Positions 30,440-39,782 are shown, numbered from the stretch's first letter. The stretch is DNA of 64,000 nucleotides from an uncultured Pseudomonadota bacterium (GCA_903844895.1 CAIMVM010000073.1:42230-106229), one strand, 5' to 3'. Program-made: numbers and translations. Notes: a model not told the origin generated them from the letters alone.

Positions 30440-31186
30440 TTAAAAAAACTTAGAAGCGCCCAACTGAATCACAATATTTTGATTTGTGTCGGTCCCCTGG
30501 GGAGGATTTGCCTTGTCACATGCCCCATCCGCTTTGGAATACTGGAAGTAGTGATTTCTCACACTCCATTTCAGCGATGTAGAAGAGTTGATAAAGTACC
30601 GCTGACCAAGCCCGCCAATTGCAGTCAAATAAGATTTTGATTGGGGGCTTGGAGCTACATATGTCGGATTGTTGGAATTGGTCCCAGTGTCGCAATTGTC
30701 GTACTTATACTCGACCCCACTCATTCCTAAGCCTCCGATAAGAAACGTATCGAAGTAAATAAGCCGCCCACTCGCCAACTGGTATTTCCCGTAGATAGGC
30801 GACCAAAGCAAGGCCCCATCCATCATGTATTTTGTTCTTAGAATTTCTGTTTTGATCGAAAATTTCGCATCTAAATCGCGCTTGTCTGCTTTATCAATGG
30901 AAAACCCATAAGAACCTGCACCTTCGAATGCCCACGCTTCCGTAAAATGATACGTCGCATTTCCTGTTAGAAGATACGAATATATGAAAGTCTGGTTGGA
31001 AACGATACTAAAGTCAGCCCCGAGTTCAAAACGGTTTCTCTTTGTAAAGTACTTCGGCCGAATCACTCGAATTTCAACGTCTTTAAATCTGTCGTCTTGG
31101 GACTCTGCGCCCGCATAGGTTGCAAGGCACTGACTACCAACCAGGGCAGCAACCATAAATTTGACAAAAGGTCCAGACACTTTCAT
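30440..31186 (-). CDS. Outer-membrane beta-barrel protein, GltA/GltB-like
   Basis: Start reassigned to MKVSGP (31186). Signal peptide, IRVIRPKYFTKRNRFEL, WSPIYGK, C-terminal Phe. Confidence 0.72.
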   Translation of the reverse strand: MKVSGPFVKFMVAALVGSQCLATYAGAESQDDRFKDVEIRVIRPKYFTKRNRFELGADFSIVSNQTFIYSYLLTGNATYHFTEAWAFEGAGSYGFSIDKADKRDLDAKFSIKTEILRTKYMMDGALLWSPIYGKYQLASGRLIYFDTFLIGGLGMSGVEYKYDNCDTGTNSNNPTYVAPSPQSKSYLTAIGGLGQRYFINSSTSLKWSVRNHYFQYSKADGACDKANPPQGTDTNQNIVIQLGASKFF

Positions 31187-31199
31187 TAGATTTCCTTGA

Positions 31200-31700
31200 T
31201 CATCCATCATTAGCCTTATTGACCATAAGCTTAAACGCCACAAATTCGGCTTGCTGGGCAGTTAACATAACTCGTTTAAGCAGCTTAAAACTTAAGGATT
31301 GGTCCATTTCTACTGTCAAGGCATCTTTCTGCGGACCTTCTAGATCTACTGGCAAATCTTTGCGAACCCGATTTGCTTCTGCGAGTTTTTCTAGCTCCTT
31401 AAAGAGCGGGGCAATAGCGCCTTGGGTTCGGTTGGACTCAATAACGTCTCCATTCTCTAATCCTGTAACAATCAAGTCTCCCACTCGTATGTCTTTTTTA
31501 GTGATTGTAATCAGAGGATTTTCGTCAAGAGAGCGAATGGAAATGGACTCAGGAAGCTCCAGCCCCGCAGTAATGTCGTGGCTTACCGGATCAGTAGAAA
31601 AACTCATTAGAAGAAACAAAATGAGAATACTGAAAACGTCAAGCATCGGCATGATGTTTAACGATAGCGTCTCGCCTGATTCGGAGCTTACACTTGCCAT
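31200..31700 (-). CDS. aglS: ExbD/TolR family protein, AglS-like
   Basis: LNIMPMLDVFSILILFLLMSFS TM segment with the conserved Asp. Confidence 0.75.
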   Translation of the reverse strand: MASVSSESGETLSLNIMPMLDVFSILILFLLMSFSTDPVSHDITAGLELPESISIRSLDENPLITITKKDIRVGDLIVTGLENGDVIESNRTQGAIAPLFKELEKLAEANRVRKDLPVDLEGPQKDALTVEMDQSLSFKLLKRVMLTAQQAEFVAFKLMVNKANDG

Positions 31701-31710
31701 CTTCTTCCCC

Positions 31711-32256
31711 CTAAAGCATTACGCTTCCCATGATAACTTTTGGAAACAAGGATGGCTGTGACTCGCCATTCTTCATTGCTGACGGATCTTTTGGAGGCGG
31801 AAGAGTTTCTCCAGGCGCAAGAAATTTGATCGCATCTAAAACTTCAGCCAGCTCCTTATACGTTATGTCGTCTTCGGAATACATCGTTAGCTTATCTATG
31901 TCAGGATGCGCCGTTCGAATGCTTAGAAGTTCCCTGTGAGCTTCAGCTATACCTGCCTTGTTCCTGGGGAACTGCTTTTTCTTTTCATCAATTGGCGCCA
32001 CAGTCCATGACGATGAAATTTCAATGAATTCTTTAGACACATCGGCTTTCACTTCCAGCACACGTTCTGGCTTTTGAAAGTCAGGCGGCTTTGCGTTAGA
32101 CAAAAAGGGAATCTGTACTTCTAGAACACCAATTTGAATAAAGACCGCTGAAAATAGCAAGAAAGTCGTGAGAAGCGAGAATACGTCGATAAAAGGCATC
32201 ACGTTTAATTCGACAGCTCCGACCTCTATGGACGATCTTTTTCGTTTTCTTTTCAT
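31711..32256 (-). CDS. aglQ: ExbD/TolR family protein, AglQ-like
   Basis: ELNVMPFIDVFSLLTTFLL TM segment with the conserved Asp. Confidence 0.75.
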   Translation of the reverse strand: MKRKRKRSSIEVGAVELNVMPFIDVFSLLTTFLLFSAVFIQIGVLEVQIPFLSNAKPPDFQKPERVLEVKADVSKEFIEISSSWTVAPIDEKKKQFPRNKAGIAEAHRELLSIRTAHPDIDKLTMYSEDDITYKELAEVLDAIKFLAPGETLPPPKDPSAMKNGESQPSLFPKVIMGSVML

Positions 32257-32277
32257 CGTTTCAGTCCGCCCTTAAGA

Positions 32278-32937
32278 TTATTCTGCTGAAGAACTTTCAA
32301 TTTTATTTTTACGTGTATATAGAAGTTCTTTAAGCTTTGCTGAATGCTGATTGATGTCATCGAGTAAACCTTTTTGTTTAGCTGCCAAAACACCATAAGC
32401 AAAAAGACAAAGAAGAGCGGTGCCAAGACCGAAAGAAGTAGCGGTTAGTGCTTCAGCAATACCTTCAGCAAGCAATGTCTGCTTTTCAGAGCCAGTGGCT
32501 TTTGCGGCCGCGGCAAAAGAGTGCATCAAACCGAAAATGGTACCCAATAGTCCTAAAAGTGTCGCTACGTTTGCAGTCGTCGAAAGAAATCCGACCCCTT
32601 TTGTCAATTTAGGAGTAACCGCCAAAATGGCATGCTCTACAGCCAACTCCACTTCTTCTGGACTATGATTTGCCTTCTTTAAACCTTGAGCTAATACAAA
32701 GGGCAGTAGTTTTGGATCTACTTTCTTACAAAGACGGATGGCATTCTCAATAGAGTTATTCATAACCATTTTTTGCACTTGAATGACAAAGCCAGCGCTA
32801 TTAGGAAGGTCATAAGTCACCCAAAAGCGAAACGACCGTTCGATAATAATAATCATCGACGCCAGAAAAGTTAAAGTAATGCCTAACATTACCGGCACAC
32901 CACCACGATTAAATACATCAATAATAGTCTGTAACAT
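32278..32937 (-). CDS. aglR: MotA/TolQ/ExbB proton-channel protein, AglR-like
   Basis: ATLLGLLGTIFGLM...GIAEALTATSFGL. Confidence 0.8.
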   Translation of the reverse strand: MLQTIIDVFNRGGVPVMLGITLTFLASMIIIIERSFRFWVTYDLPNSAGFVIQVQKMVMNNSIENAIRLCKKVDPKLLPFVLAQGLKKANHSPEEVELAVEHAILAVTPKLTKGVGFLSTTANVATLLGLLGTIFGLMHSFAAAAKATGSEKQTLLAEGIAEALTATSFGLGTALLCLFAYGVLAAKQKGLLDDINQHSAKLKELLYTRKNKIESSSAE

Positions 32938-33015
32938 TGCTTGCTCCCTAGGTTGATCCCTTTAAATCAAGCAACTGATCTAAAGGAGATTTAAAAACAA
33001 AAATGATCTCCCTCT

Positions 33016-33045
33016 ATTTTACGAACGGCTGGGCATGTAAGTCAA
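33016..33045 (-). promoter_or_regulatory. Putative sigma70 promoter of the agl/glt operon
   Basis: TTGACT-N18-TAAAAT on the minus strand, about 80 bp upstream of aglR. Confidence 0.55.
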
Positions 33046-33087
33046 TTGAGGGGAAGAAAAAACTCACTAGGTCCTTTTTGCCGAGCA

Positions 33088-33115
33088 TTGCAGTGACCAT
33101 TGGGTGGGCTATAAT
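33088..33115 (+). promoter_or_regulatory. Putative sigma70 promoter of the divergent regulator gene
   Basis: TTGCAG-N16-TATAAT. Confidence 0.5.
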
Positions 33116-33138
33116 AAAGAATCAACTTTTTATGTGGG

Positions 33139-34122
33139 TTGCCGGTGATTACAATTTTAGCAGTTGAAGTGCGCGAAGCTTCTCCCGTTCTAGATCAAAA
33201 TAGATTGATGGTGGGGTGCTTTGGTAGTGAGTTTATTTTTGTTCAGTCAACGGAAGAAGCACTACACATTCTTAACACTCGAACGATTGATGTCTTGCTG
33301 GTGAATAGTCCCATCTATAGTCTTTATAGGTGCGCCAAGGATAAATCAAAAGGCTTGAAAACGATCCTCTATAGCAATATTACCATGGAAGAATACGCTG
33401 CCGAGCTCGATGGAGAACAAACGGAGCTTTTAGATCACTTTGTATTTTGCCGCAATGACAATAGGTTTTCTCAGTTAGAGTTGCTAACTACACTTCAAAA
33501 ATTGATTCGCTCTGATATCTTTGGGCTAGAAAAGTACTTGGAAGCCGGTTACGCCATGGAATCCTTTCCTATTGTTGGCACTGCTAGCCGCGATATCCTA
33601 GCCTTAGAAGTTGAAAACTTTTGTCGCAAGGCCTATTTGAGCGCCAATGCTACCAGAAGAGCTAAGGCAATTGTGGAAGAGCTGCTTATGAACGCCATCT
33701 ACGATGCTCCCGTGGCTGCTGGCCTTACGGCATATGAAGATAAGCGCAGCGACAGCTTTACATTGGAAGTCAATGAACAGAGCGTTTTGAAGTTAGGATG
33801 CGATAGCGAAGTGCTTCTTATTAGTGTGCGGGATCCTTTTGGGGCTTTTAAACGAGAAAAATTCTATGAATACGCCTCAAAAATACTCCTGCGAACCGAC
33901 AATGAGCGCCTTGTAGACACAAAGAGTGGCGGGGCTGGACTTGGGATTTTTAAAATGCTTTACGATTCTCAAGGTCTTATTGTCAATATTTGGCCTGGTA
34001 CTGCCACTGAAGTCCTCGCAATAATAGAACTTAATACCAAAAGCCAGTCCTTTTCAAAAGCTGGCCGGTCTCTGCACTATTTTATGCAAACCACCCCACC
34101 TATCGAAGTGGCGATCAAATAA
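33139..34122 (+). CDS. Degenerate receiver-like domain plus RsbW-like HATPase domain protein
   Basis: EEALHIL...IDVLLVN (receiver-like); EELLMNAIYDAP (N box), ISVRDPFG (G1), GAGLGIF (G2). Confidence 0.65.
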   Translation: MPVITILAVEVREASPVLDQNRLMVGCFGSEFIFVQSTEEALHILNTRTIDVLLVNSPIYSLYRCAKDKSKGLKTILYSNITMEEYAAELDGEQTELLDHFVFCRNDNRFSQLELLTTLQKLIRSDIFGLEKYLEAGYAMESFPIVGTASRDILALEVENFCRKAYLSANATRRAKAIVEELLMNAIYDAPVAAGLTAYEDKRSDSFTLEVNEQSVLKLGCDSEVLLISVRDPFGAFKREKFYEYASKILLRTDNERLVDTKSGGAGLGIFKMLYDSQGLIVNIWPGTATEVLAIIELNTKSQSFSKAGRSLHYFMQTTPPIEVAIK

Positions 34123-34211
34123 TCACCTTTCGACCCATGACATAATCCCAGAATTAGTCTAGATTGATGGGTCTATTGCCATTAATGATACATTATTGAG
34201 GAGACAGCATA

Positions 34212-35444
34212 GTGGGAAAGATTAAAGTAGCAAACCCCGTAGTAGAAATGGACGGGGATGAAATGACCAGAATCATATGGGATATGATTAAAAAGCAACT
34301 TGTGCTTCCTTATCTAGATATAGACATTAAATATTTTGACCTGAGTATTGAAAACCGCGACAAGACTGACGACAAGGTGACTGTGGAAGCGGCTGAAGCT
34401 ATTAAAAAATATGACGTGGGCATAAAATGCGCCACCATTACTCCCGACGAAGATCGAGTCAAAGAGTTTCAACTAAAGAAAATGTGGAAAAGCCCAAACG
34501 GGACCATTCGAAATATCCTTGGCGGCACCGTATTTAGAGAGCCCATCATCTGTAACAACATTCCCCGCCTTGTGAAAAACTGGAATCTCCCGATCGTAGT
34601 GGGTCGTCATGCCCACGCAGATCAGTATAAGTGTCAGGATTTTATAGTTCCCGGCAGCGGCACCTTGAAAATGGTTTTTGAAGGTAACGATGGCGCCAAA
34701 AAGGAATGGGAAGTTAATAAATTTGATGGCCCAGGAATAGGCATGGGGATGTTTAATACCGATGAATCCATCTATGGCTTTGCTCGCAGTTGTTTTGCCT
34801 ACGCCATTGACAGAAAGTATCCTCTTTATCTGTCAACTAAGAACACCATTCTTAAAGCTTACGACGGAAGGTTTAGAGATATTTTTGCTGAAGTTTTTGC
34901 CACAGAATACGCAGCCAGTTTTAAGCAACTAGGTCTCACTTATGAGCACCGTTTGATTGACGACATGGTGGCTCAAGTACTTAAATGGGAAGGCGGCATT
35001 GTCTGGGCATGTAAAAACTATGACGGTGATGTCCAATCAGATATCGTGGCTCAAGGTTTTGGTTCACTTGGATTGATGACCTCAGTTTTAATGTGTCCCA
35101 ATGGCCGTACCATTGAAACGGAAGCCGCTCATGGAACCGTTACCCGTCACTACAGACAACACCAAAAAGGCATGAAGACTTCTACCAATCCTATCGCTTC
35201 GATATTTGCTTGGACCAAAGGTCTATCCCATCGAGGAAAGCTTGACAACACACCCGACGTTGTTAGGTTTGCTGAAACCTTAGAAAAAGTCTGCGTTGAG
35301 TCCGTAGAAGCTGGCATACTTACTAAAGATCTCGCGATCTGCCAGTTCGGTGAAAAAGTAACGGATGACAAGTATCTCAACACAGATGCTTTTATGGCAA
35401 AGATTGCGAGCAATCTTGAAAAAGCCATGGGCAGCTGGAAATAG
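34212..35444 (+). CDS. icd: NADP-dependent isocitrate dehydrogenase (eukaryote-like type II)
   Basis: [49 protein letters not shown]. Confidence 0.97.
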   Translation: MGKIKVANPVVEMDGDEMTRIIWDMIKKQLVLPYLDIDIKYFDLSIENRDKTDDKVTVEAAEAIKKYDVGIKCATITPDEDRVKEFQLKKMWKSPNGTIRNILGGTVFREPIICNNIPRLVKNWNLPIVVGRHAHADQYKCQDFIVPGSGTLKMVFEGNDGAKKEWEVNKFDGPGIGMGMFNTDESIYGFARSCFAYAIDRKYPLYLSTKNTILKAYDGRFRDIFAEVFATEYAASFKQLGLTYEHRLIDDMVAQVLKWEGGIVWACKNYDGDVQSDIVAQGFGSLGLMTSVLMCPNGRTIETEAAHGTVTRHYRQHQKGMKTSTNPIASIFAWTKGLSHRGKLDNTPDVVRFAETLEKVCVESVEAGILTKDLAICQFGEKVTDDKYLNTDAFMAKIASNLEKAMGSWK

Positions 35445-35481
35445 AGAATATGTCGTTCCGAAAATGTCGCTTAGACGAAAT

Positions 35482-35518
35482 AAGCTGGTCTTTTTTAAAA
35501 AGAAAAGGACCAGCTTTT
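35482..35518. terminator. Intrinsic terminator between convergent icd and thioredoxin genes
   Basis: AAGCTGGTC(TTTT)...(AAAAG)GACCAGCTT followed by TT. Confidence 0.7.
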
Positions 35519-35558
35519 CGTTTGATGAAGACTTCTAGTTGTCGCGTTTTAAGAATGA

Positions 35559-35891
35559 TTAGAGTGATTCTGGCTTAGGCCCAAAGTTCGACTCCAGAAA
35601 ATCTTCTAAATTCTTTATTCCTTTAAACCCTTCTAATTTTCCTGCAAGTCTATGCTGGTGGAATGCAAAAAAAACGGGAAGGATCTCTGTACCTGCAATT
35701 TCTAGCATTTCAGGATAGTCACTTATACATATCTGCCCAAAGACGACTTCTTTTGACCAAGTCGCTTCAAGTCGAGTGACTGCAGGTTCAGACATTTTGC
35801 AGGGCCCACAGCCTTTCTTCCATAACTTTAGAAAAACTTTGCTATTTTGAACCAAAGAGGCTTCTAAGGTTTTCGGATCAAATTCAATCAT
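35559..35891 (-). CDS. Thioredoxin family protein
   Basis: 110 aa with WKKGCGPCK motif and ILP cis-Pro loop. Confidence 0.85.
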   Translation of the reverse strand: MIEFDPKTLEASLVQNSKVFLKLWKKGCGPCKMSEPAVTRLEATWSKEVVFGQICISDYPEMLEIAGTEILPVFFAFHQHRLAGKLEGFKGIKNLEDFLESNFGPKPESL

Positions 35892-36675
35892 TGCTATCTC
35901 CCATTAAAGGCTTTACCGGTTGAAGGTATCACTTACGTCTCTAAACTACTATATGTCCCACTAGCGCGTCTTTGTTTAATTGATTTGGCTAAAAAACAGC
36001 GTTTATAGAGGAGTTAAGCCACTTATCTAAAAAGTGCTTTTTGCCCAACGCTTATATGTATTCCCATCACGGGGCTAATGAGATGTGTTTCGTAGGGAGG
36101 GGTAGCCGAACAAAAACGAATTTGACTGTTTTTTGCACTCCGCGGGGACGCTTCCTTAATAAAAACTCACCGCACATAAGGTCCGCCGAATTCCTCCGGA
36201 ACCATCGGCAATGGATAAACGTGGGCCTGGCAGAGCATTGTCTAAAGCCTAAGTTCATGCGCTGGACGGCAGTATTTTCTAGTTCGGGCCACCTGAAAGA
36301 CCGAAAAATTCGGCTTTCATCGGTTTTAAACAACATGCGAACTACACTTAACCCAAAAAGCTGCGAATCTAATTGGTTTTAGGGAAAAGAAAATATTATC
36401 GAAGATATACAATTTCTCTGCGACGAAGCCACTTCCTATGTCACATAGCCAATCTCGTCGGGATCAAAGGAAACAATTTGGAATTGCAAAAAAAATGCTG
36501 TTTTGTAAGAAGACAGCTTCTAAAAAGGCCCGTAGAAAATGGCATCCACCGACAGATCAAATAGATGTCTACCCTCATAGAGACAAAAACTCCCATTAAC
36601 CGCAGACTATGGCACCATTCATAAATTAAATGGTGGACCCAAAAAGAATCATTTTTTCAATCTTGATCAAACTGC

Positions 36676-36709
36676 TAGTTCCTAATAGATAGTTCCTAAT
36701 AGATAGTTC
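36676..36709. repeat. 14-bp tandem repeat (TAGTTCCTAATAGA)x~2.4
   Basis: Two perfect units plus TAGTTC. Confidence 0.8.
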
Positions 36710-37212
36710 GGAGCGGAACAGGCGAGGAGGGAGTATCTACAGATGGGACATATCGCATTAGGGAAGAAGGAGTCTGTCTAGTCAATCTCTGAAGAATCCC
36801 AAAACCCGGAGGTGAAAGTCTACTTCGAAAGATACCTGCCAAAGAACTAACAGAACACGCAGAATTCTTTCGAAGAATTTAGGAACTTAAGATCTATATA
36901 CTAAGTTTAAAAAGTCACGACACTAAACTTAAAAGCAACTACGCAAAGAACTTTTAGGCACTGTCTGATTCGACCGCCTCGCCCAGACCCATTGGAAACG
37001 TATGGCTGAGTTTTGTAAAGAATGATCGCATGGACCAGACAATATGAACTCCCACAGGACTTCTGCCATCTGTCCTCGAACGCAAGTTATTCTAACGCAA
37101 CGCAGAACCGCGAACCTTCTTCTAACAAAGGAATTATAAGTGAAAAACATCCCTCAGCTGGCGCTAAACTCCTCCTAACTAGTGCGATCATTTCTAGCCC
37201 GACCTCAAGCGG

Positions 37213-37347
37213 TCTGTTTCATGTCTTCTGTTTCATGTCTTCTGTTTCATGTCTTCTGTTTCATGTCTTCTGTTTCATGTCTTCTGTTTCATGTCTTCTG
37301 TTTCATGTCTTCTGTTTCATGTCTTCTGTTTCATGTCTTCTGTTTCA
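37213..37347. repeat. 14-bp tandem repeat (TCTGTTTCATGTCT)x9.6
   Basis: Nine perfect units plus TCTGTTTCA. Degenerate TCAAGC(G/C)GTCTG occurs at both ends. Confidence 0.97.
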
Positions 37348-37455
37348 AGCCGTCTGAGTCATTCAGACAAAGCATTGAAGCGATTGGAAATGAATGCGAG
37401 TGGTCTTGGATTCTTTAATTTCTTGTTTATGTGATTTTTCCATGTTGGAGTATTT

Positions 37456-38124
37456 GTGATGTATCGAGTCCCTATTGTGACAATTTTTCTTTTTTCCTCT
37501 TTTTGTGCCTGTGGCGAATTTCGCGCTACAACCTCTACTCGCGTCGATGGATCTGTCAACGAACCAACGGAGTCTTTAACTAGGGTTGAGACAGCAAAGC
37601 CTTTAGTCTTAGTGAACGGCGAAACATTCACCGTTACGCTTCCTGACGACCCAAGTATTCAAACCCAAATGTTGGACTATGAAGGTAATAGGCAGCTCCT
37701 TGTTGCGATTCAGGACGCCAGTTCCAATAAAGAGTCAAACATCTGGATGGCACTAAAACCATGCAACCTTAAGCGCGAGAACGTCGATGCTTTCCAAGAT
37801 TCTCTTAATGCCTTTACACATTCATTTTTAGATGAAGGTCAAACAAATGGAGGGTTTAAACTTCTTGTTAACAATATCGACTACGCAATTCAGCGTGTAT
37901 CGATGACCGCAAAACCCCAATCGCTATTCGGATACTCGTTTGACTATGTGCGCACTTATCATCGCGAGAGAATGGAACGAATCGCAATTCTCGCCGACTT
38001 TGAACAACAGCGCGATATCTGTGCGCGTATAAAAGTCTTTGTTCCAGAACACAAGCCAATTACACCAACATCTCTAACTGGCAAAACGTTAGTTGCGATT
38101 CAAAAATCATTTCAATTTAAATAG
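37456..38124 (+). CDS. Hypothetical probable lipoprotein, first gene of the Hint/MACPF operon
   Basis: 222 aa, GGAG RBS, hydrophobic N-terminus ending FCAC-G. Confidence 0.65.
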   Translation: MMYRVPIVTIFLFSSFCACGEFRATTSTRVDGSVNEPTESLTRVETAKPLVLVNGETFTVTLPDDPSIQTQMLDYEGNRQLLVAIQDASSNKESNIWMALKPCNLKRENVDAFQDSLNAFTHSFLDEGQTNGGFKLLVNNIDYAIQRVSMTAKPQSLFGYSFDYVRTYHRERMERIAILADFEQQRDICARIKVFVPEHKPITPTSLTGKTLVAIQKSFQFK

Positions 38125-38145
38125 TCACAATAGGAGCATTAAACT

Positions 38146-39006
38146 ATGAAGATATATCTATTACTGCTGTGTTCGTTTCTAGTGCCTCATTCTTTCGCAT
38201 TGGCCACCGAATACACTTTTTGCGCTGATACCGTGGCCTACTCTGATCCAGGCCTTACCGCCAGAGATCCAGGAAAAGACTGGATTTGTGGTTTGACACC
38301 AGATGCATCTGGGGCGCGCTGCCCCTCTGCGCAAACTCGAGCATGTCAAGGCGGAACTCTACCAGGCCCTCATGACGTTCCAAACGGCGGTATCGCGTGG
38401 TTTTGGGCACAGTCTGCGAATGCTAGCCAGGACGTAAAATGTACCTGCGGTTGCTTCATTCCACACACTCTGATATTGACAGAAAACGGAGAAAACACGA
38501 TTTTCGAGACACTTGAAGCAGCAAAGTATCAAAATGTTCGAGTGAAGGTCCGTCAAAGCTTAAAAAACTTTGGTGAACTCAGAGACAGCAGCCCATTGCG
38601 AGCCAAACACTTTCGAGTGGGAGCAGAGAATAAAGCGCTCGTAAAACTTAGTTTGTCCAACGGACGAGCCCTTGAAATTACAGAAAAGCATCCAGTCCTC
38701 GTTCTGCGTAAAAATCGTCAGCAGATGCTACAAGCCCACTTCGTAAGAGAAAGCGACGTGCTCCTTGATGAACAAGGCAACGAAGTAGCTATTGTGTCAA
38801 TCGAAAGTAAGCAACTTCCAGAAGACTCTAACACCGTGATCAACTTTGCATCAGACGAAGAGAATCCTCTAGCACACCTCATTGTGGCTGAAGGAGTTCA
38901 GGTTGGAGACAACCGTTGGCAGGCCGCTTTAGAGGTTATTAAGTCTAGAGTAGATATACGAAATTCACAGGAACTGTCATATCTCGACGAGATTGTTGGC
39001 AACTAA
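38146..39006 (+). CDS. Secreted Cys-rich protein fused to a Hint (Hedgehog/BIL-type) autoprocessing domain
   Basis: Signal peptide (…SFALA), 6-Cys domain, G|CFIPHTLI (block A), LEITEKHPV (block B TxxH), VINF...HLIVAEGVQVGD (block F/G-like without terminal His-Asn). Confidence 0.82.
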   Translation: MKIYLLLLCSFLVPHSFALATEYTFCADTVAYSDPGLTARDPGKDWICGLTPDASGARCPSAQTRACQGGTLPGPHDVPNGGIAWFWAQSANASQDVKCTCGCFIPHTLILTENGENTIFETLEAAKYQNVRVKVRQSLKNFGELRDSSPLRAKHFRVGAENKALVKLSLSNGRALEITEKHPVLVLRKNRQQMLQAHFVRESDVLLDEQGNEVAIVSIESKQLPEDSNTVINFASDEENPLAHLIVAEGVQVGDNRWQAALEVIKSRVDIRNSQELSYLDEIVGN

Positions 39007-39022
39007 AAACTAAGGGGGTTTC

Positions 39023-39769
39023 ATGCGCACCAAATTTATCATTTCAATTGGACTTAGCGTTTTTTTAGCAGCTCTTATGTATTTCGTCTGGACCAGGAGT
39101 CATGCATCAAAAGTTATTGAAGCCTCAAATAAACGCATGGAAGTCCCGGCAAAGTTGACGGGAGCAGCGGGAGAAACTGGGTCAACGGGAACAAGGGGAA
39201 AGTCCCCGTTCGCTTTGCCTGTGGTAGTTACTCCCGTCACTCTACCAAGCCAAGGGCTGCACGCCTCGCAAGAGAAGACTGCAGTAATGCAAGCAGCTCT
39301 TATTCTTAAAGGAGGAAATATGCTAGATGCCGCTGCCCATCGTGAAGCAGTACAAACACTTAGTCATTATGGAGATAACGCATTGGTTATTATGCTAGAC
39401 GAACTAAAAGAAGGTAACCGCGCTCTCGATGACAAAAGTCTGCGTCAACGCATGGCTCTTATTGACATCCTTGGCCTGGCAGCTGAAACGAAACCATTTG
39501 TTCGCGACGAACTCAAGCGATTTTCTATGGCTCCCTTACTTTATAAAAAAGATAAGAGCATGATGCATAAAGACTTTATTGATAGATTAGAGACGTTTGA
39601 ATATGTCTCTCGGAACGACAAGGATACAGCTCTCCATTATATTAAGACACTTTCAAATCGAAAAATTCAATTAGAGTATTCAAAACACTACGTCGTAGGT
39701 CAAAAAATGAAAGGCCGAAGTGAGGACGATGCTGTTCTCGACCTGCTTCATTTCCTAAAAAAAACATAA
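39023..39769 (+). CDS. Membrane-anchored helical (HEAT-like) hypothetical protein
   Basis: Single N-terminal TM, low-complexity linker, all-helical C-terminal domain. Confidence 0.7.
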   Translation: MRTKFIISIGLSVFLAALMYFVWTRSHASKVIEASNKRMEVPAKLTGAAGETGSTGTRGKSPFALPVVVTPVTLPSQGLHASQEKTAVMQAALILKGGNMLDAAAHREAVQTLSHYGDNALVIMLDELKEGNRALDDKSLRQRMALIDILGLAAETKPFVRDELKRFSMAPLLYKKDKSMMHKDFIDRLETFEYVSRNDKDTALHYIKTLSNRKIQLEYSKHYVVGQKMKGRSEDDAVLDLLHFLKKT

Positions 39770-39782
39770 CGAGGTTATAATT

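Noticed and set aside
31219-31761. 180-aa plus-strand ORF and similar short ORFs antisense to long genes throughout the track
   Set aside because: They lie within or mostly overlap well-supported genes on the opposite strand or frame and show no motifs.
37213-37347. Possible CRISPR array
   Set aside because: Units are contiguous 14-mers with no unique spacers, and no cas genes are in the window. The same applies to the other arrays.
37349-37358. GCCGTCTGAG resembling the Neisseria DNA uptake sequence
   Set aside because: Single imperfect copy that is part of a degenerate repeat unit.
37022-37434. ORFs with repeating CFMSSVSCLLFHVF peptide in three frames
   Set aside because: They arise because the 14-bp repeat has no stop codon in any plus frame; there is no RBS or protein-like flank.
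38452-38910. True protein-splicing intein
   Set aside because: No C-terminal His-Asn followed by Cys/Ser/Thr, no endonuclease, and no recognisable host protein; better described as a Hedgehog/BIL-type Hint.
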